Shown here in pieces: positions 27,046-39,339 of a stretch of 64,000 bases of DNA. Both the position numbers and the translations under genes were made by a program. Source of the stretch: Felis catus (lineage: Eukaryota); NCBI RefSeq assembly GCF_018350175.1, contig NC_058368.1:148244001-148308000 (forward strand), in the 5' to 3' direction. How positions within the stretch are numbered: the first letter of the stretch is position 1; each line of letters begins with the position of its first letter. The notes beneath the pieces were generated by a model. That model saw only the letters and a program-made list of their open reading frames with translations. It searched no databases and was not told where the DNA came from.

Positions 27046-28877
27046 AAGAAGTTTCCTTCTTGTGAGTAGAATATATATTGAATAAAAGTTGAGCACTGTC
27101 TTCACATATTCCCTCAGCTGATACAATGTGCTATGATGAGATACCAGAAAGTAGAAAAAAATTACCAAATCTTCTGGATATTTATAATATTTTGTCAAAA
27201 CCCTGAAAAAAATGTTCACCAGATACCCAAAGTGTTGCCATTTTAAAGCAAGAATCACTGCATTTGCTTCTTTATTGGTTGACCAGTGAAGAATGAATAT
27301 ATCTCATTGTAATTTATAAATTTTCCAGATGAGCTTTGAATAACATAATGAGTACAGAATTTTCTGGATGTCTCATTTCTACTAACCTAGATATTGCACT
27401 TTTATATTCTACATTTATAAATAAATGTTTTAGACATTATAAGGCTCTTGAACTGATATAGATAGCTGACCTGAGATACATCTTGTTAGTTTAATTGTAT
27501 TTAGTTTGGGAAATCTATGCTATTTTAGTTGATTCAAAACACACATGTGAACCAGATATTTTTCTATATGATTAAAAAAAAACTGTGCTTGGAAACAAGA
27601 GGACCCATTAACGAGCTGTCTGGTTTCATAGCGTTGCTAGTATTGTCATGGTGGCCCAAGAGTCCAAATTATTAGACACCTGAGTCTCATTACAAAACAC
27701 ACCTGAATAAAATATTGGCAATGGAATTCATGACAAAAAGGTCGGTTAAGGTACCACCATCCTGCTTGAGAACCACTAAGCCAATTAGGAAAGAAAACTT
27801 TACTATTATTAATATAATAACAATTTAAGTGTTCTTTCAGGTAAAGCCCAGGTTCAATTGGAGACCAGAAAATTTGGTATTTGGTTATGACATTCTCTCT
27901 TGATTTATGTTTGAATGATCTCTCAAATAACCTGTGAATTTCTACAAACTTAAAAAGTATCAAAAGAAAACATTTTTCAATTGATTAGAAATAATTTTGT
28001 AAATATTAAGTCCATGGAATTTTAAAACTCAGTTATCATTGAGAGAATAACCAAACTTCACAGTTGAATAAACAGATAAAATCATAAACCTAGATGTAAT
28101 TTTCTGATTCTCAAACTAATGTTCTTTGAATGTAGAATACTGCTGCCTAAATCAGTGATATTCAGGGTTTCAAAAAAGGATTCTTGGTGGCAAAATGTTT
28201 TCAGTATGTTATTCTCATTTTACTTTTCTCTTTTTTACTTTCACTTTATTATTTAAGTCACATTGATATTTAATTAAACAGAGCTAATTTGAACTATTTT
28301 TTTTTCTTTATTTGGGTTTCATTCACACATGCTAGTGCCCATTACAATTTGCAAGCATATATTTAAAGCTTTGGAATAGAACTTTGAATTGAATCTAAAC
28401 TAGCCACCAATTTGTTCAAATACAAATATGTGAAATGCCTTAAATGTTCTGTATTTTATTTTGCATGTAAAGTGGGATAAAGGATTACATAATCTCTAAG
28501 ATTTATGATCTAAATTTTTGATCATATCAAATAAGCCAAAGTTGTGCATAAGAAGTAACAAAAAGAAGACATTTTGTATTCAAATTAAAAAAATCATTAG
28601 AGAAACAAAGGGGTTAATTCTTCTTATAAATGTGTGTCATTTCTAAAAAAAATCATCCTCATATATAATTCCAAAACTCTTGATAATAGATTCTTACTGA
28701 TGTTCCAATTATATCCATTACCACATGGATCACTTTTGTTGGAAACATCAGTATGAACCTGTGTTTGGCTTAATTTATATACAGATGTTTTCACATAGGA
28801 ATATTTGATATGTGCACATAGTTCCTAATATTTTCCAATAAAAGTATCCAAACTTGCTTGAAGAAATAGCTGATTAT

Positions 28878-29103
28878 TTAAATTTTTTTCAACATTTATT
28901 TATTTTTGAGAGACAGAGAAACAGAGCACGAGTTGGGGAGGGGCAGAGAGAAAGGGAGACACAGAATCCTAAGCAAGCTCCAGGCTCTGAGCTGTCAGCA
29001 CAGAGCCCTACAGAGCCCACCTGGGGCTTGAACTCACTAACTGGGAGATCATGATCTGAGCTGAAGTCAGATGATTAACCAAAGGAACCACCCAGGCACC
29101 TCC
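28878..29103 (-). mobile_element. CAN-SINE
   Basis: TSD AGAAATAGCTGATT/AGAAATGGCTGATT; small internal duplication of ACAGAGCCC. Confidence 0.95.
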
Positions 29104-29173
29104 AGAAATGGCTGATTCTTAAACTGGGGCAGGAAATATACAAGATGATCTTAGAGCATATTTGCTTTTCCAC

Positions 29174-29183
29174 TGTTTATTTT

Positions 29184-29273
<90 letters not shown>

Positions 29274-29372
29274 CATGAGAGCAGGGGAGGAACAGTGAGA
29301 GAGGGAGACAGAGGATCCCAAGGGGACTCTGTACTGACAGCAGAGAGCCTGTGTGTTGAAGTGGGCTCGACT
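29174..29372 (-). mobile_element. Partial CAN-SINE with compound (CA)n(GA)n
   Basis: TGTTTATTTTT tail, (CA)n(GA)n, GACAGAGGATCCCAAG..CTGACAGCAGAGAGCC; head missing. Confidence 0.85.
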
Positions 29373-29384
29373 GAGTCACCTGAG

Positions 29385-30220
29385 AAATGAGCTGCACATA
29401 GTGACTTCCTTCCAATGAGTACAGTGTGAAGGAGGGAAGAGCATAACTTTGCAGTGGAGAAACTTGTTAAGCACTATCTCAGCCTCGTAATCAAGGTCAA
29501 CATCGATAGTGAGGTCATGTCACTAGTGTGTACCCTTTACATGATGGAATGAAAATGGTACTTTACTTTATGGTCTTTCCCCTCCAAAACCCTTAACTCC
29601 AGTCTAATCACTACAAAGTCATCTGATAAATTCCATATGAGGGGTATTCTACAAGGTACCTGCACAATATTGTTAAAAACTGTTGGGGCGCCTGGGTGGC
29701 GCAGTGGGTTAAGCGTCCGACTTCAGCCAGGTCACGATCTCGCGGTAGGTGAGTTTGAGCCCCACGTCGGGCTCTGGACTGATGGCTCAGAGCCTGGAGC
29801 CTGTTTCCGATTCTGTGTCTCCCTCTCTCTCTGCCCCTCCCCCGTTCATGCTCTGTCTCTCTCTGTCCCAAAAATAAATAAATGTTGAAAAAAAAAATAA
29901 AAAAAAACTGTCAAGGTTATCAAAGACAACAATCTAAGAATATTTCGTAGCCAAGATGAAACTGACAAGACACGATCGTTAAATGTAATGTGATCTGTCA
30001 TATAAGGTCCTAGGCCAGAGAAAGGAGGTTAGGTAAAAGCTTCAGAAATATGAATTAAGTGTGGAGTCTAGTCAATAACAATGTATCAATATTGGTTCAT
30101 TAATTGTAAGAATTGTACCATACTAACATAATATGTTAATAATGGGACTAATAATAATGGGATATGATGCTAACACTATCCCATTATTTTTCTGTAAATC
30201 TAAAGTTGTTCTAAATTTTA
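29385..30220 (+). mobile_element. Old L1 (L1MC/L1MD-like) 3'UTR
   Basis: CATAGTGACTTCCTTCCAA..GTGGAGAAAC..ATCAAGGTCAACATC..ATGTATCAATATTGGTTCATTAATTGTA..TTCTGTAAATCTAAA. Confidence 0.8.
29685..29902 (+). mobile_element. Young felid CAN-SINE
   Basis: GGGGCGCCTGGGTGGCGCAG..CAGCCAGGTCACGATCTCGCGG, CpG-rich; TSD AAAAACTGT at 29675 and 29903. Confidence 0.97.
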
Positions 30221-31014
30221 AAAAGAATATCTACACACACTCTCTCTCTCTCACTCTCTCTCTCTCTCTGATGTATTAAACTGTAATATGAGCTCATTGT
30301 GGAACCCAGCGATCATCTCACTCTCCTGTGACTACAAAGCTTGTCTCCCACAGCCTTTTCTTTATCACTCTACATTTGAGTGCAACATCCAAGTAAAGCA
30401 TCCATTTGAGTGGCATGCATGTCTTCTATCATGTGCTGAGTATATGTAACTAATAAGCTTCTGGAAATAGTATCTTTCCAGGATAAAGTGTTGTGTATTT
30501 GGTCATCCCCCATAATCCTAGAGTAGGAATGACTCCCTCCCTTGTCAAAAGGGTGAAGAAGGGGTAAGCAAAACACCAAATGAAGGTATCAAAAACGTTA
30601 GAACCTAAACGATGCCACTACATTATCTTATTACTGTTTCTAATTTCTCAAGTTCCCAAGTTCTGCTTCTCCACTATTTCCACCTTTTTCTGACTATCAT
30701 TTTGTTTTTAATTCTTGACTCTACTTCTCAGATATTATTGTTCTCTCTTGTTAGAAAGAACAATTCTCTATTGTTAGAAAATTTGGAATCCTAACACTTT
30801 ATGGAAGCTGGGTAATGGCCCTACCACCACATGTAATCACCCTAAGCTATACTCTATTATATCTTCTCCTCAAGGACATTCTTTCAATTAGTCTTTTGAA
30901 GCCTTGGGGCTTATGGCTTACGTCCATTTAGTAAGAACATTATAGTCTTTTACAACTGCTATTCTTATGAATTACACAGTGAAATCAAAAATTTTTTTTG
31001 AAGAAATTATATCT

Positions 31015-31190
31015 GGGGCACGTGAGTGGCTCAGTTGGTTAAGAGACTGACTCTTGATTTCGGCTCAGGTCATGATCTCACTGTGAGACTGCGCCCCATG
31101 CCAGGCTCTGCGCTGACAGTGTGGAGCCTGATTGGGATTCTCTGTCTCTCTGTCTCTCTCTCAAAATAAACAAACATTTCAAAATATAAA
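31015..31190 (+). mobile_element. CAN-SINE
   Basis: GGGGCACGTGAGTGGCTCAGTTGGTTAAG..GGCTCAGGTCATGATCTCAC plus tail. Confidence 0.92.
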
Positions 31191-31573
31191 ATAAATTCTA
31201 TCAGTTGTTAGTTCATGCTAATTGTCAGGTTTAGTCAAGAAGTAGCTTTTTGCAATCTATTCACACACATTAACTAAAGATTTCTAATAACTTTTGTTGC
31301 TCATGTTTTAAATTCATTTATATATGAACAAAAGAACTCAAATACTTCATAAAATATCTCAAAAATAGGTACACTCTATAAAAAAGTAGCGAAGTTTGAC
31401 GACTTTGGAGTAAAACCTACAATTGTATGTGCCTCTATTGAATTCTAATGATATAAAGCTATTACTTTTGTATAATCAACCTTGCTAGGCACATAATATG
31501 TATTAATGACCATACATTTATTGATCTTGAATGACACCATATCTGTACACTCTGCGTTAATAACTAGAGTTAA

Positions 31574-31795
31574 GGGGCGCCTGGGTGGCGCAGTCGGTTG
31601 GGCGTCTGACTTCAGCCAGGTCACGATCTCGCGGTCCGTGGGTTCGAGCCCCGAGTCAGGCTCTGGGCTGATGGCTCGGAGCCTGGAGCCTGTTTCCGAT
31701 TCTGTGTCTCCCTCTCTCTCTGCCCCTCCCCCGTTCATGCTCTGTCTCTCTCTGTCCCAAAAATAAATAAAAACGTTGAAAAAAAATTAAAAAAA
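31574..31795 (+). mobile_element. Very young felid CAN-SINE
   Basis: CpG-rich; perfect 15-bp TSD AATAACTAGAGTTAA at 31559-31573 and 31796-31810. Confidence 0.97.
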
Positions 31796-32989
31796 AATAA
31801 CTAGAGTTAACTGTTTCTATGAAGTAATGGAATTAAACGGTACAGACACCAATATGACAAAACAGGAAAACATGTAGAGGTTAATAAGCCATAGATGAAA
31901 AAAAACAAAACAAAACACTGCCACCACTGTAAGGAGCACAAATGCAATGTCATGGTTATCTTTTCAGATTTATATGATTTGCCTGTTAAACCAGTTAGGA
32001 TTGGTGGTTTTGTTTCGTTTCTGTAAAGGTAGTTTTTTGATAACTTTATCTGCTTGACCTTTGCCTGGAGGGATAAGTTCTGGTGAATTGTATTTTTCTA
32101 GAAAATCTATACTATCCAGAATTTCAAATATATCTTCAAATAGTGGTTTAACAAGAAGAAATGGTGTTGACAAAGATGTATTTAGGACAGGAAAAGACTG
32201 GTTATGCAAGTGTGTACCTGAGAGTCTCCAGTTATAAAGACATGTTGTCTGTGAGACTGAGGGGAGTGGGGAAGTGAGGATTGTAAAGCTTTGAAATGAC
32301 TACTGACTTAAATAGAGAAATAAAATAGGTTTGCTAAATAATAGTGGATTTTTAGAGGATTAGAATATTCTCTTTGAAATGCCTTTCACTTTTCCTTAAA
32401 ACTATCGAAATTCTACCTTTATTTTTCAGATCCATTTTCAGTCATTCTTCCATCATAAAATAAGGTCTTATTTCCTCTTTTTCTCAATTACCAGTTTTTA
32501 TCCAACAAATTCAAATAATTCTATAAATGAGGGATTTTTAAGGACCCACATTTTGTACAACATATCAGAATTTGCAGTAGATTCAATATTATATAATAAA
32601 CTTCATTTACATTTGGACCCCACCAGGGATGACAGTTCATTGCTTTTTACATCCATTTTACTTTCCCTAATAACACTTCTCTCCTCACCAAGGTATGACT
32701 CTTTTTTTTTTTTTTTCATTGCAAACATGCTTTTGCAATCATCCTCAACAACTCTTTCTCTCTATCATGCTCAACTGGAAAAATTCTAACTCATCCTAAA
32801 TTCAGTTCTCCACAGATAAATATGGCTAAAATATATGTACTTGTATATGCATATACACATATTCACATGTGTGCACACACACATAACACCATTACAACTG
32901 TCATTTTAAATTCAGGATCATTAATATCAAGTGAAATTTTAATCATGTAGGAATCCTACAGTTGCCTAGAATCCCAGCCATTCTGACCT

Positions 32990-33330
32990 TTATTAGTCAG
33001 GATAACCTGGATTATACTGTTAATAAGCACCTCCTAGACTTTAGTGTAAGCATATAAACAATAGCTTACTTCCCACTCACGCCAAATATTCAACAAAAGA
33101 AATATTCAACAAAACAATGTTTAGGCATTGTCTAAGTTAATTCCACACTATTCTTTCACAACATCTTAGGACACCATGGTTGCAGGGCTGGGGGAAGAGT
33201 TCTCTGGGACATTTATCTCAGCAATCAATTGATTGTCTGAGCTAGATGTCCCAGAGAAGTGACATACATTTGATGACCAAACTGAGTCAAATAATGACAT
33301 CTAACCTCAACACAGAAGTGAAACTGTTGC
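32990..33330 (-). mobile_element. Old MLT1-like LTR fragment
   Basis: TATTAGTCAGGATAACCTGGATTATACTG..CTTACTTCCCACTCACGC resembles the reverse of an old MLT1 end. Confidence 0.5.
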
Positions 33331-33359
33331 CAAATATAGGTCCCATGTTTCTCAAATAA

Positions 33360-33497
33360 AGATGTTTCTCACCAAAGCAAAAAGGTAAATATGTGAGATC
33401 ATAGGGATGTTAATTAACTTTGAGGGGGCATCTTTTCTATATTTATATATCAAATCATCACATGATACACTTTAAATACCTTAAAATTTTATATGTC
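33360..33497 (+). mobile_element. Old L1 3' terminal fragment
   Basis: GGTAAATATGTGAG..ATGTTAATTAACTT..TATATCAAATCATCACATGATACAC. Confidence 0.7.
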
Positions 33498-34461
33498 TCT
33501 CTCCTTACCAGGGTGAATGCTTTAAGGAAGTAATATTCTCAGTTTCAAGAGTCTGGCTTTTCACCAGGACGAGATAAGCAGTTTAGGTCTCTCCAGGGAC
33601 TGGAATCTAACCTAGCAGAAGCAAGGATTATTTTGTTGTTGGTTGTACTTCCAAAAAATATAGCTCGGTATATTAAATAGCTCAGATACTTTAATTGCCT
33701 GATGAAAGAATGGCTATAAGTGAAATATATCTAAATAAAGTGTATTCATCAAGGTCTTCTTTATAAAATGGATTCACTGGGACTTTTATTATTCAAGTAA
33801 CCGAGGAAAAAACAGTTTCCAAATAATTCCTTTGCATCCAAAGTTGTTGCTGAAATAGGAAAAAAAAATCTCTAATATACAATTCAAACTCACCCATATT
33901 TCTGGTGTCAAATACAAAATCTGGGTTCCCTATCTTGCTATCCAAACTTCAGCAATCCATTATTTTTATCATGTTTATGAAGAAAGAAAGAAAAACAAAT
34001 ATTAAAAAAAACCCTAACCTGTTTTAAATGCATTGCTTCTGTGATGACAGAATACACAAATACACAGCAAAGTAATACCTTTGAGTCAATCAGGCTCACA
34101 TTTTATTGTCACCAAAACAACAATAACAAAACCTGCCATCTGTATGAATAAGTATTGCAAAATATTTAAATTATCCCACTTCTGGCATACTCTGAATTCA
34201 TATACAATTCAGTTTCACATAAATTTGTTACCTGGAAACAAACACGTCTAAAGAAAATGAATTGGTATCTACGGCAGTCAGTGTATTTGAGTATAAATCT
34301 CAGAAGGAATTATCATGGAGTAGTTAGTTATGGTGAAAAAAATATGAAAATATTTTAATTCATAGTACTATTATTTAATTCTACGTAAGCTCTCTCAATA
34401 CAACATTTTGAGTGATTTATAAATCGGTAGGAATTCTATCACTAATAATAATTACGTTTAG

Positions 34462-34462
<1 letters not shown>

Positions 34463-34498
<36 letters not shown>
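34463..34498. repeat. (CA)n microsatellite
   Basis: Direct dinucleotide run. Confidence 0.95.
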
Positions 34499-34499
<1 letters not shown>

Positions 34500-35439
34500 G
34501 CTCTTTCTTTCCTGGATACCTTTCTTTTTTATTTCTACATAGAGCTATAAGGGAAAGTATCATCACAGACTGTGTATAAAATACTTATTTTCTCCAAAGT
34601 ATATCAAAAAGACCACAGGAAAAATACGAAGAATAGAAATATCTTTGAAATAAATATTTATCTCAGGATCCATTTTTATTTTTATGTTATTAGCAAACAA
34701 AAGTTATCAAGTCATTTGATTGCCCGTAGTAATATAATTATCCAAGTTTACCATCTTACACTTTATAAAATGAAGAACTGGAATTAAAACAGTTTGACTC
34801 TAAAGTCCATGGTCCTTCCCATCCACCAAAATTATCAGTAAAGTACATTATATTTACATTATTAGAACTTTTTAATATATGAAAGACATGCATGTGTTCA
34901 CATGTATATGTGCATATTAAGATTTTTTTTCAAGACTCATGCATTTAAATTAAGATAATCAGGATTCAGTTTGTTCTTTACCGTCATTTTACATGCAGAT
35001 CTCATTCTCTAGAAGTGAATAAATTCAGTGTGTTGAGATAAACATTTTTTTAAAGACTTTAAAAAATATTTTCTCCCAAGACCTCTAAAGGTAATACATT
35101 TCACTTAAAACTAAGATATTCTATAGTTGAATGGAATCAGCCAATTATAATACTATAATAATACTATTATGGATACATTAAGTACTGCAAGGTTCTGTGA
35201 CTCTTCGTTAAACATTTGAGATGCTTACTTTAGGTGAATATTGGAAATTACTTGAGTAGCAGAGGTACTCATCTGGATTTAGAAAGCCAGGACCACATTT
35301 CAGTTATTACTACATACAGTTATTTATTCCTTTCTAGCTATTGTCTTAAGGATTGGAGAAGTTTGAGAACCCAGGAAATTAGGTATCTAGAGGAACATAC
35401 TGGATTGGGAAGTATTCCAAGCTGTTTTTAAAAAAAAAT

Positions 35440-36625
35440 TAAATAAACTCAAAATGGATAAAAGACCTGAATGTGAGACAGGAAAACATCAAAACCCTAG
35501 AGGAGAAAGCAGGAAACAACGTCTTTGACCTCAGCCGCAGCAATTTCTTATGCAACACATCTCCAAAGGCAAGGGAATTAAAAACAAAAATGAACTATTG
35601 GGACATCATGAGGATAAAAACTCCTTCACTGCAAAGGAAACAATCAACAAAACTGAAAGGCAACCAATGGAATGGGAAAAGATATTTGCAAATGACATCA
35701 GATAGAGGGCTAGTGTCTAAAATCTATAAAGAACTCACCAAACTCCACACCCTAAAAACAAATAATCCAGTGAATAAATGGGCAGAAGACATGAATAGAC
35801 ACTTTTCCAAAGAAGACATCCAGATGGCCAACAGACATGAAATGATGCTCAACGTCACTCCTCATCAGGGAAATACAAATCAAAACCACACTGAGATACT
35901 ACCTCACACTGGCCAGAGTGGCTAAAATGAGCAAATCAGGAGACTATAGATGCTGGGGAGGATGTGGAGAAATGGGAACCCTCTTGCACTGTTGGTGGGA
36001 ATGCAAACTGGTACAGCTTCTCTGGAAGACAGTGTGGAGGTTCCTCAAAAAATTAAAAATAGAAATACCCTCTGACCCAGCAATAGCACTACTAGGAATT
36101 TACACAAAGGATACAGGAGTGTTGATCCATAGGGGCACATGTACCCCAATGTTTATAGCAGCACTTTCAATAATAGCCAAATTATGGAAATAACCCAAAT
36201 GTCCATCAACTGATGAATGGATAAAGAAGACGTGGTTTATATATACAATGGAATACTATGTGTTAATGAGAAAGAATGAAATATGGCCTTTTGTAGCAAC
36301 GTGGATAGAACTGGAGGGTATTATTCTCAGTAAAATAAGTCAGTCAGAGAAAGACAGGTACCATATATTTTCACTCATATGTGTATCTTGAGAAACTTAA
36401 CAGAAGATCATGGAGGAGGGAAAGGGGAAAAAAAGTTATAAACAGAGAAGGAGGGAAGCAAACCATAAGAGACGCTTATGTACAGAGAACAAACTGAGGG
36501 TTGATTGGGGTGGGGGAGGGGGAAAGTGGGTGATGGGCATCGAGGACGGCACTTGTTGGGATGAGCACTGGTTGTTGTATGGAAGCCAATTTGACAATAA
36601 ATTATATTTTTTAAAAAAGGGAAAA
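35440..36625 (+). mobile_element. 5'-truncated L1 (about 1.2 kb, ORF2 C-terminus plus 3'UTR)
   Basis: ORFs 35473-35925 and 35918-36193 ([21 protein letters not shown]); 3'UTR ending GACAATAAATTATATT. Confidence 0.96.
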
Positions 36626-36943
36626 AATAGTCCGATTGAGATATTTTCCAGCTAAGAGACCACCTAAGCAACTATAGAATGTTTTGTATTTTTGTTGTTG
36701 TTTTGTATTGACCAGAATCAAACCACACAGTTGTACAAATAATTTGCAAATTTGGAGTATACTTCTGAAAAGGCATGTGATTTGCAGATAGCTCTGTCAG
36801 AAAGAACCAGCCCATAGTGGTCTAGGCTGTACTCTCCAGATTGTTCTGTCTTTTTATATGCATATAACAGAAACACTTCTTTGTTCTGTTGTACTCTGTG
36901 GAACACTCAGAGCACATATCCCAGTAAAAAAGAAAAATAAATC

Positions 36944-37149
36944 TTTTTTTAATGTTTATTCATTTTTGAGAGAGAGAAAGAGGTGCTGAGAGAGAGACAG
37001 AGCATGATCAGGGCAGGGAAGAGAGAGAGGGAGTCACAGAAACTGAATCTGTCATCACAGAGCGTGATGCAGGGCTCCAACTCATGAACTGTGAGATCAT
37101 GACCTGAGCCAAAGTCGCATACTCCACCACTGAGCCACCCAAGTGCCCC
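36944..37149 (-). mobile_element. CAN-SINE
   Basis: AATGTTTATTCATTTTTGAGAG tail; GTGAGATCATGACCTGAGCC..GAGCCACCCAAGTGCCCC head. Confidence 0.92.
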
Positions 37150-39339
37150 TGGGAAGCAATACAATCTTTGCCCAAAGGTTTCAAATTGCTCTTATATCAC
37201 ATTCCAGTCATGGTATAAATGGATCCTCCTGGTACCTGGCAAAAATAGAATCAGAGTCCATGGTCAATGTAGTGAGAATTGTCCTAAGTGTAAGTGATCT
37301 CTGTCCTTTTTCTGCTGATGTGACCCTTCCCCAATAAAATGCAAACACATAAATATACACTGTTTCTGGGTATGTAGGTACATGTAGTCCAGCTCATCTA
37401 GAGAGTCTATAAACCTAATTATTCCTTTGTTAGAGTCATTGGCATTAAGAGGAATAGGACACAATACAATTTGATTTACATGTTTCATTCTTTATTTAAT
37501 TATATATTTTATGGAAATTTCTATTTCAAATAAACTAGTTGCATCAAAGGATCTCAAGAGAGTCTTTTACAATAATAAATCTATTTAAAGCATATTTAGC
37601 GCACAATTATCTTTATATTCAACTGAATTCATTTTTAAAAGAGGATTTCAAAATGATAGAATATGAAAAACTTCAGAATGTAGAATAGGCTTATTTCCTA
37701 TTCTTGTATCTGTTTTTATCAAACTGCAAATATATTATTAACGACCATGTTCTATACAATGAATTCAAATGTATGCTATGAAATATTCTACCATGTCTAA
37801 TTAAAATTACTAACTTTTACTGAGCATTTATTTTGGGTCAGGCAGGAAACATGCAGGACAAAGAAAAACACTACATCTTTCCTCAAAATTGACACTTACA
37901 GAAGAGCAATTTGCTAGTCTTATTGTTAGCAAATGTTTTTAAAGTGGAGATTCCAATCAAAAGCTCTTTTACTTCAAAGTCTAATATATCCATAGTATAA
38001 TTTTTCAAAACGTTGTTGAAACTGGAGGAGCCAAGATGGCAGAAGAGGATGGAAGTTTCTTATGTGTCTCATGTCCATGAAATACAGCCAGACCAACAGT
38101 AAACCATCCAACCACCTAGAAAACTGATTGGAGGACTAACACAACAATCTGCACAACCTGAACCACAGAATTCAGCAGGTACCTGGCACGCAGAGGTGAA
38201 CTTGGGGAGACAGAAGCCAGAGGTAGGCAGGGAGCCACTTTTGCAGATGGAGAGAGGACAGAGACTGGGGCGGGGGAGAATATGGGAAAAGCACCCCTCC
38301 CCAAAAGCAGCTGGAGAGAAAGTGGAAAATCGGAAACAGCCACAGGGACTAAACTAAAAAGAGAGAAAGGAGAAAGGAGAGGGTTTAAATCCCATTAAGA
38401 CTGTAAACAAGGGAAGCGCAAAGTCTGTAACTCCATAGCTCGATACCTGGTGGTGTTCTGGTGGGAAGGGCGAATCCCCCAGGAACAAAGTGGGGTCCGG
38501 GAGGTTCTAAGGCCACACAGGGAAAAGCAGTACCACTGCTGGAAGGATATTTGGTAGAGACTGTTGAAGCCACCTGGTCCGAGCAAACCCCAGAAAATGA
38601 CCACATTCTCTGGTGCTGGAACAAGGTCATTAAGGGTGAAGCCTGGTGCCAGATGTGTGTTGTGATTTTCCATAATCCCTGGAAAGCTGCTGCTACATTA
38701 TCTTGCAAACTTTTTCTGGGGTGGGCTGGCAGGTGGCTGCAGTCTTGGGGCACCAGTAGCAGTAGGGTCCCGCAAGCATTCCTGGGTGCAGCTGGCATTC
38801 AGCCATTGCTAAGTGAGACCCTCCCACAGTGGGAGGGATGGGTCAAAGCCACAGTCCTTCAGAAGTAAGGGGCAGGGGGAAACAGCCATATCTGAGACAA
38901 AACTCAGGAGAGAGGTACTGCCTAGGGCTTGGTCACAGACTGTGAAGAAGCGGGGAGTGGACAAAAGCTGAAGACAGAGGACAGGTGTGCAATTGCTGAT
39001 GGGGGAGAACAGAGTTCTGATACTAGAGACTGGGTAGCTGGGTGATGCCATTTTCACTACTCCCACGCATGCGCATACGCAACTACGAGCTCTGCAACAC
39101 TCCACCCCAGTAGGCTAGCAGCACCATCTAGTAGACAACAGAGCCGTTACCCTGAGGCCCGCCCAAGTGGGACAACCTCACTCATCAAGAACAAAAGTCT
39201 CACCGCCTACTTAGTTTATGGACTATAAAACCCTACAAAGCCTGACTTTCAGGGGAAAACGAAGTAATTTCAGTCCTATTTCAATCTGTTAGCAGGTCCA
39301 TCTATTCATTTTTTTCTTTTTTTTTTCTCTTTTACATTA

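Noticed and set aside
31970..32209. 79-aa protein-like ORF on the - strand
   Set aside because: No ATG start, no convincing splice boundaries and no recognisable homology; length is compatible with chance.
38385..39105. Overlapping 90-180 aa ORFs in L1 5'UTRs (also 52229-53138), including a possible antisense ORF0 analogue
   Set aside because: GC-rich UTR sequence yields stop-poor frames. No recognisable domain, and no conservation can be shown from single copies.
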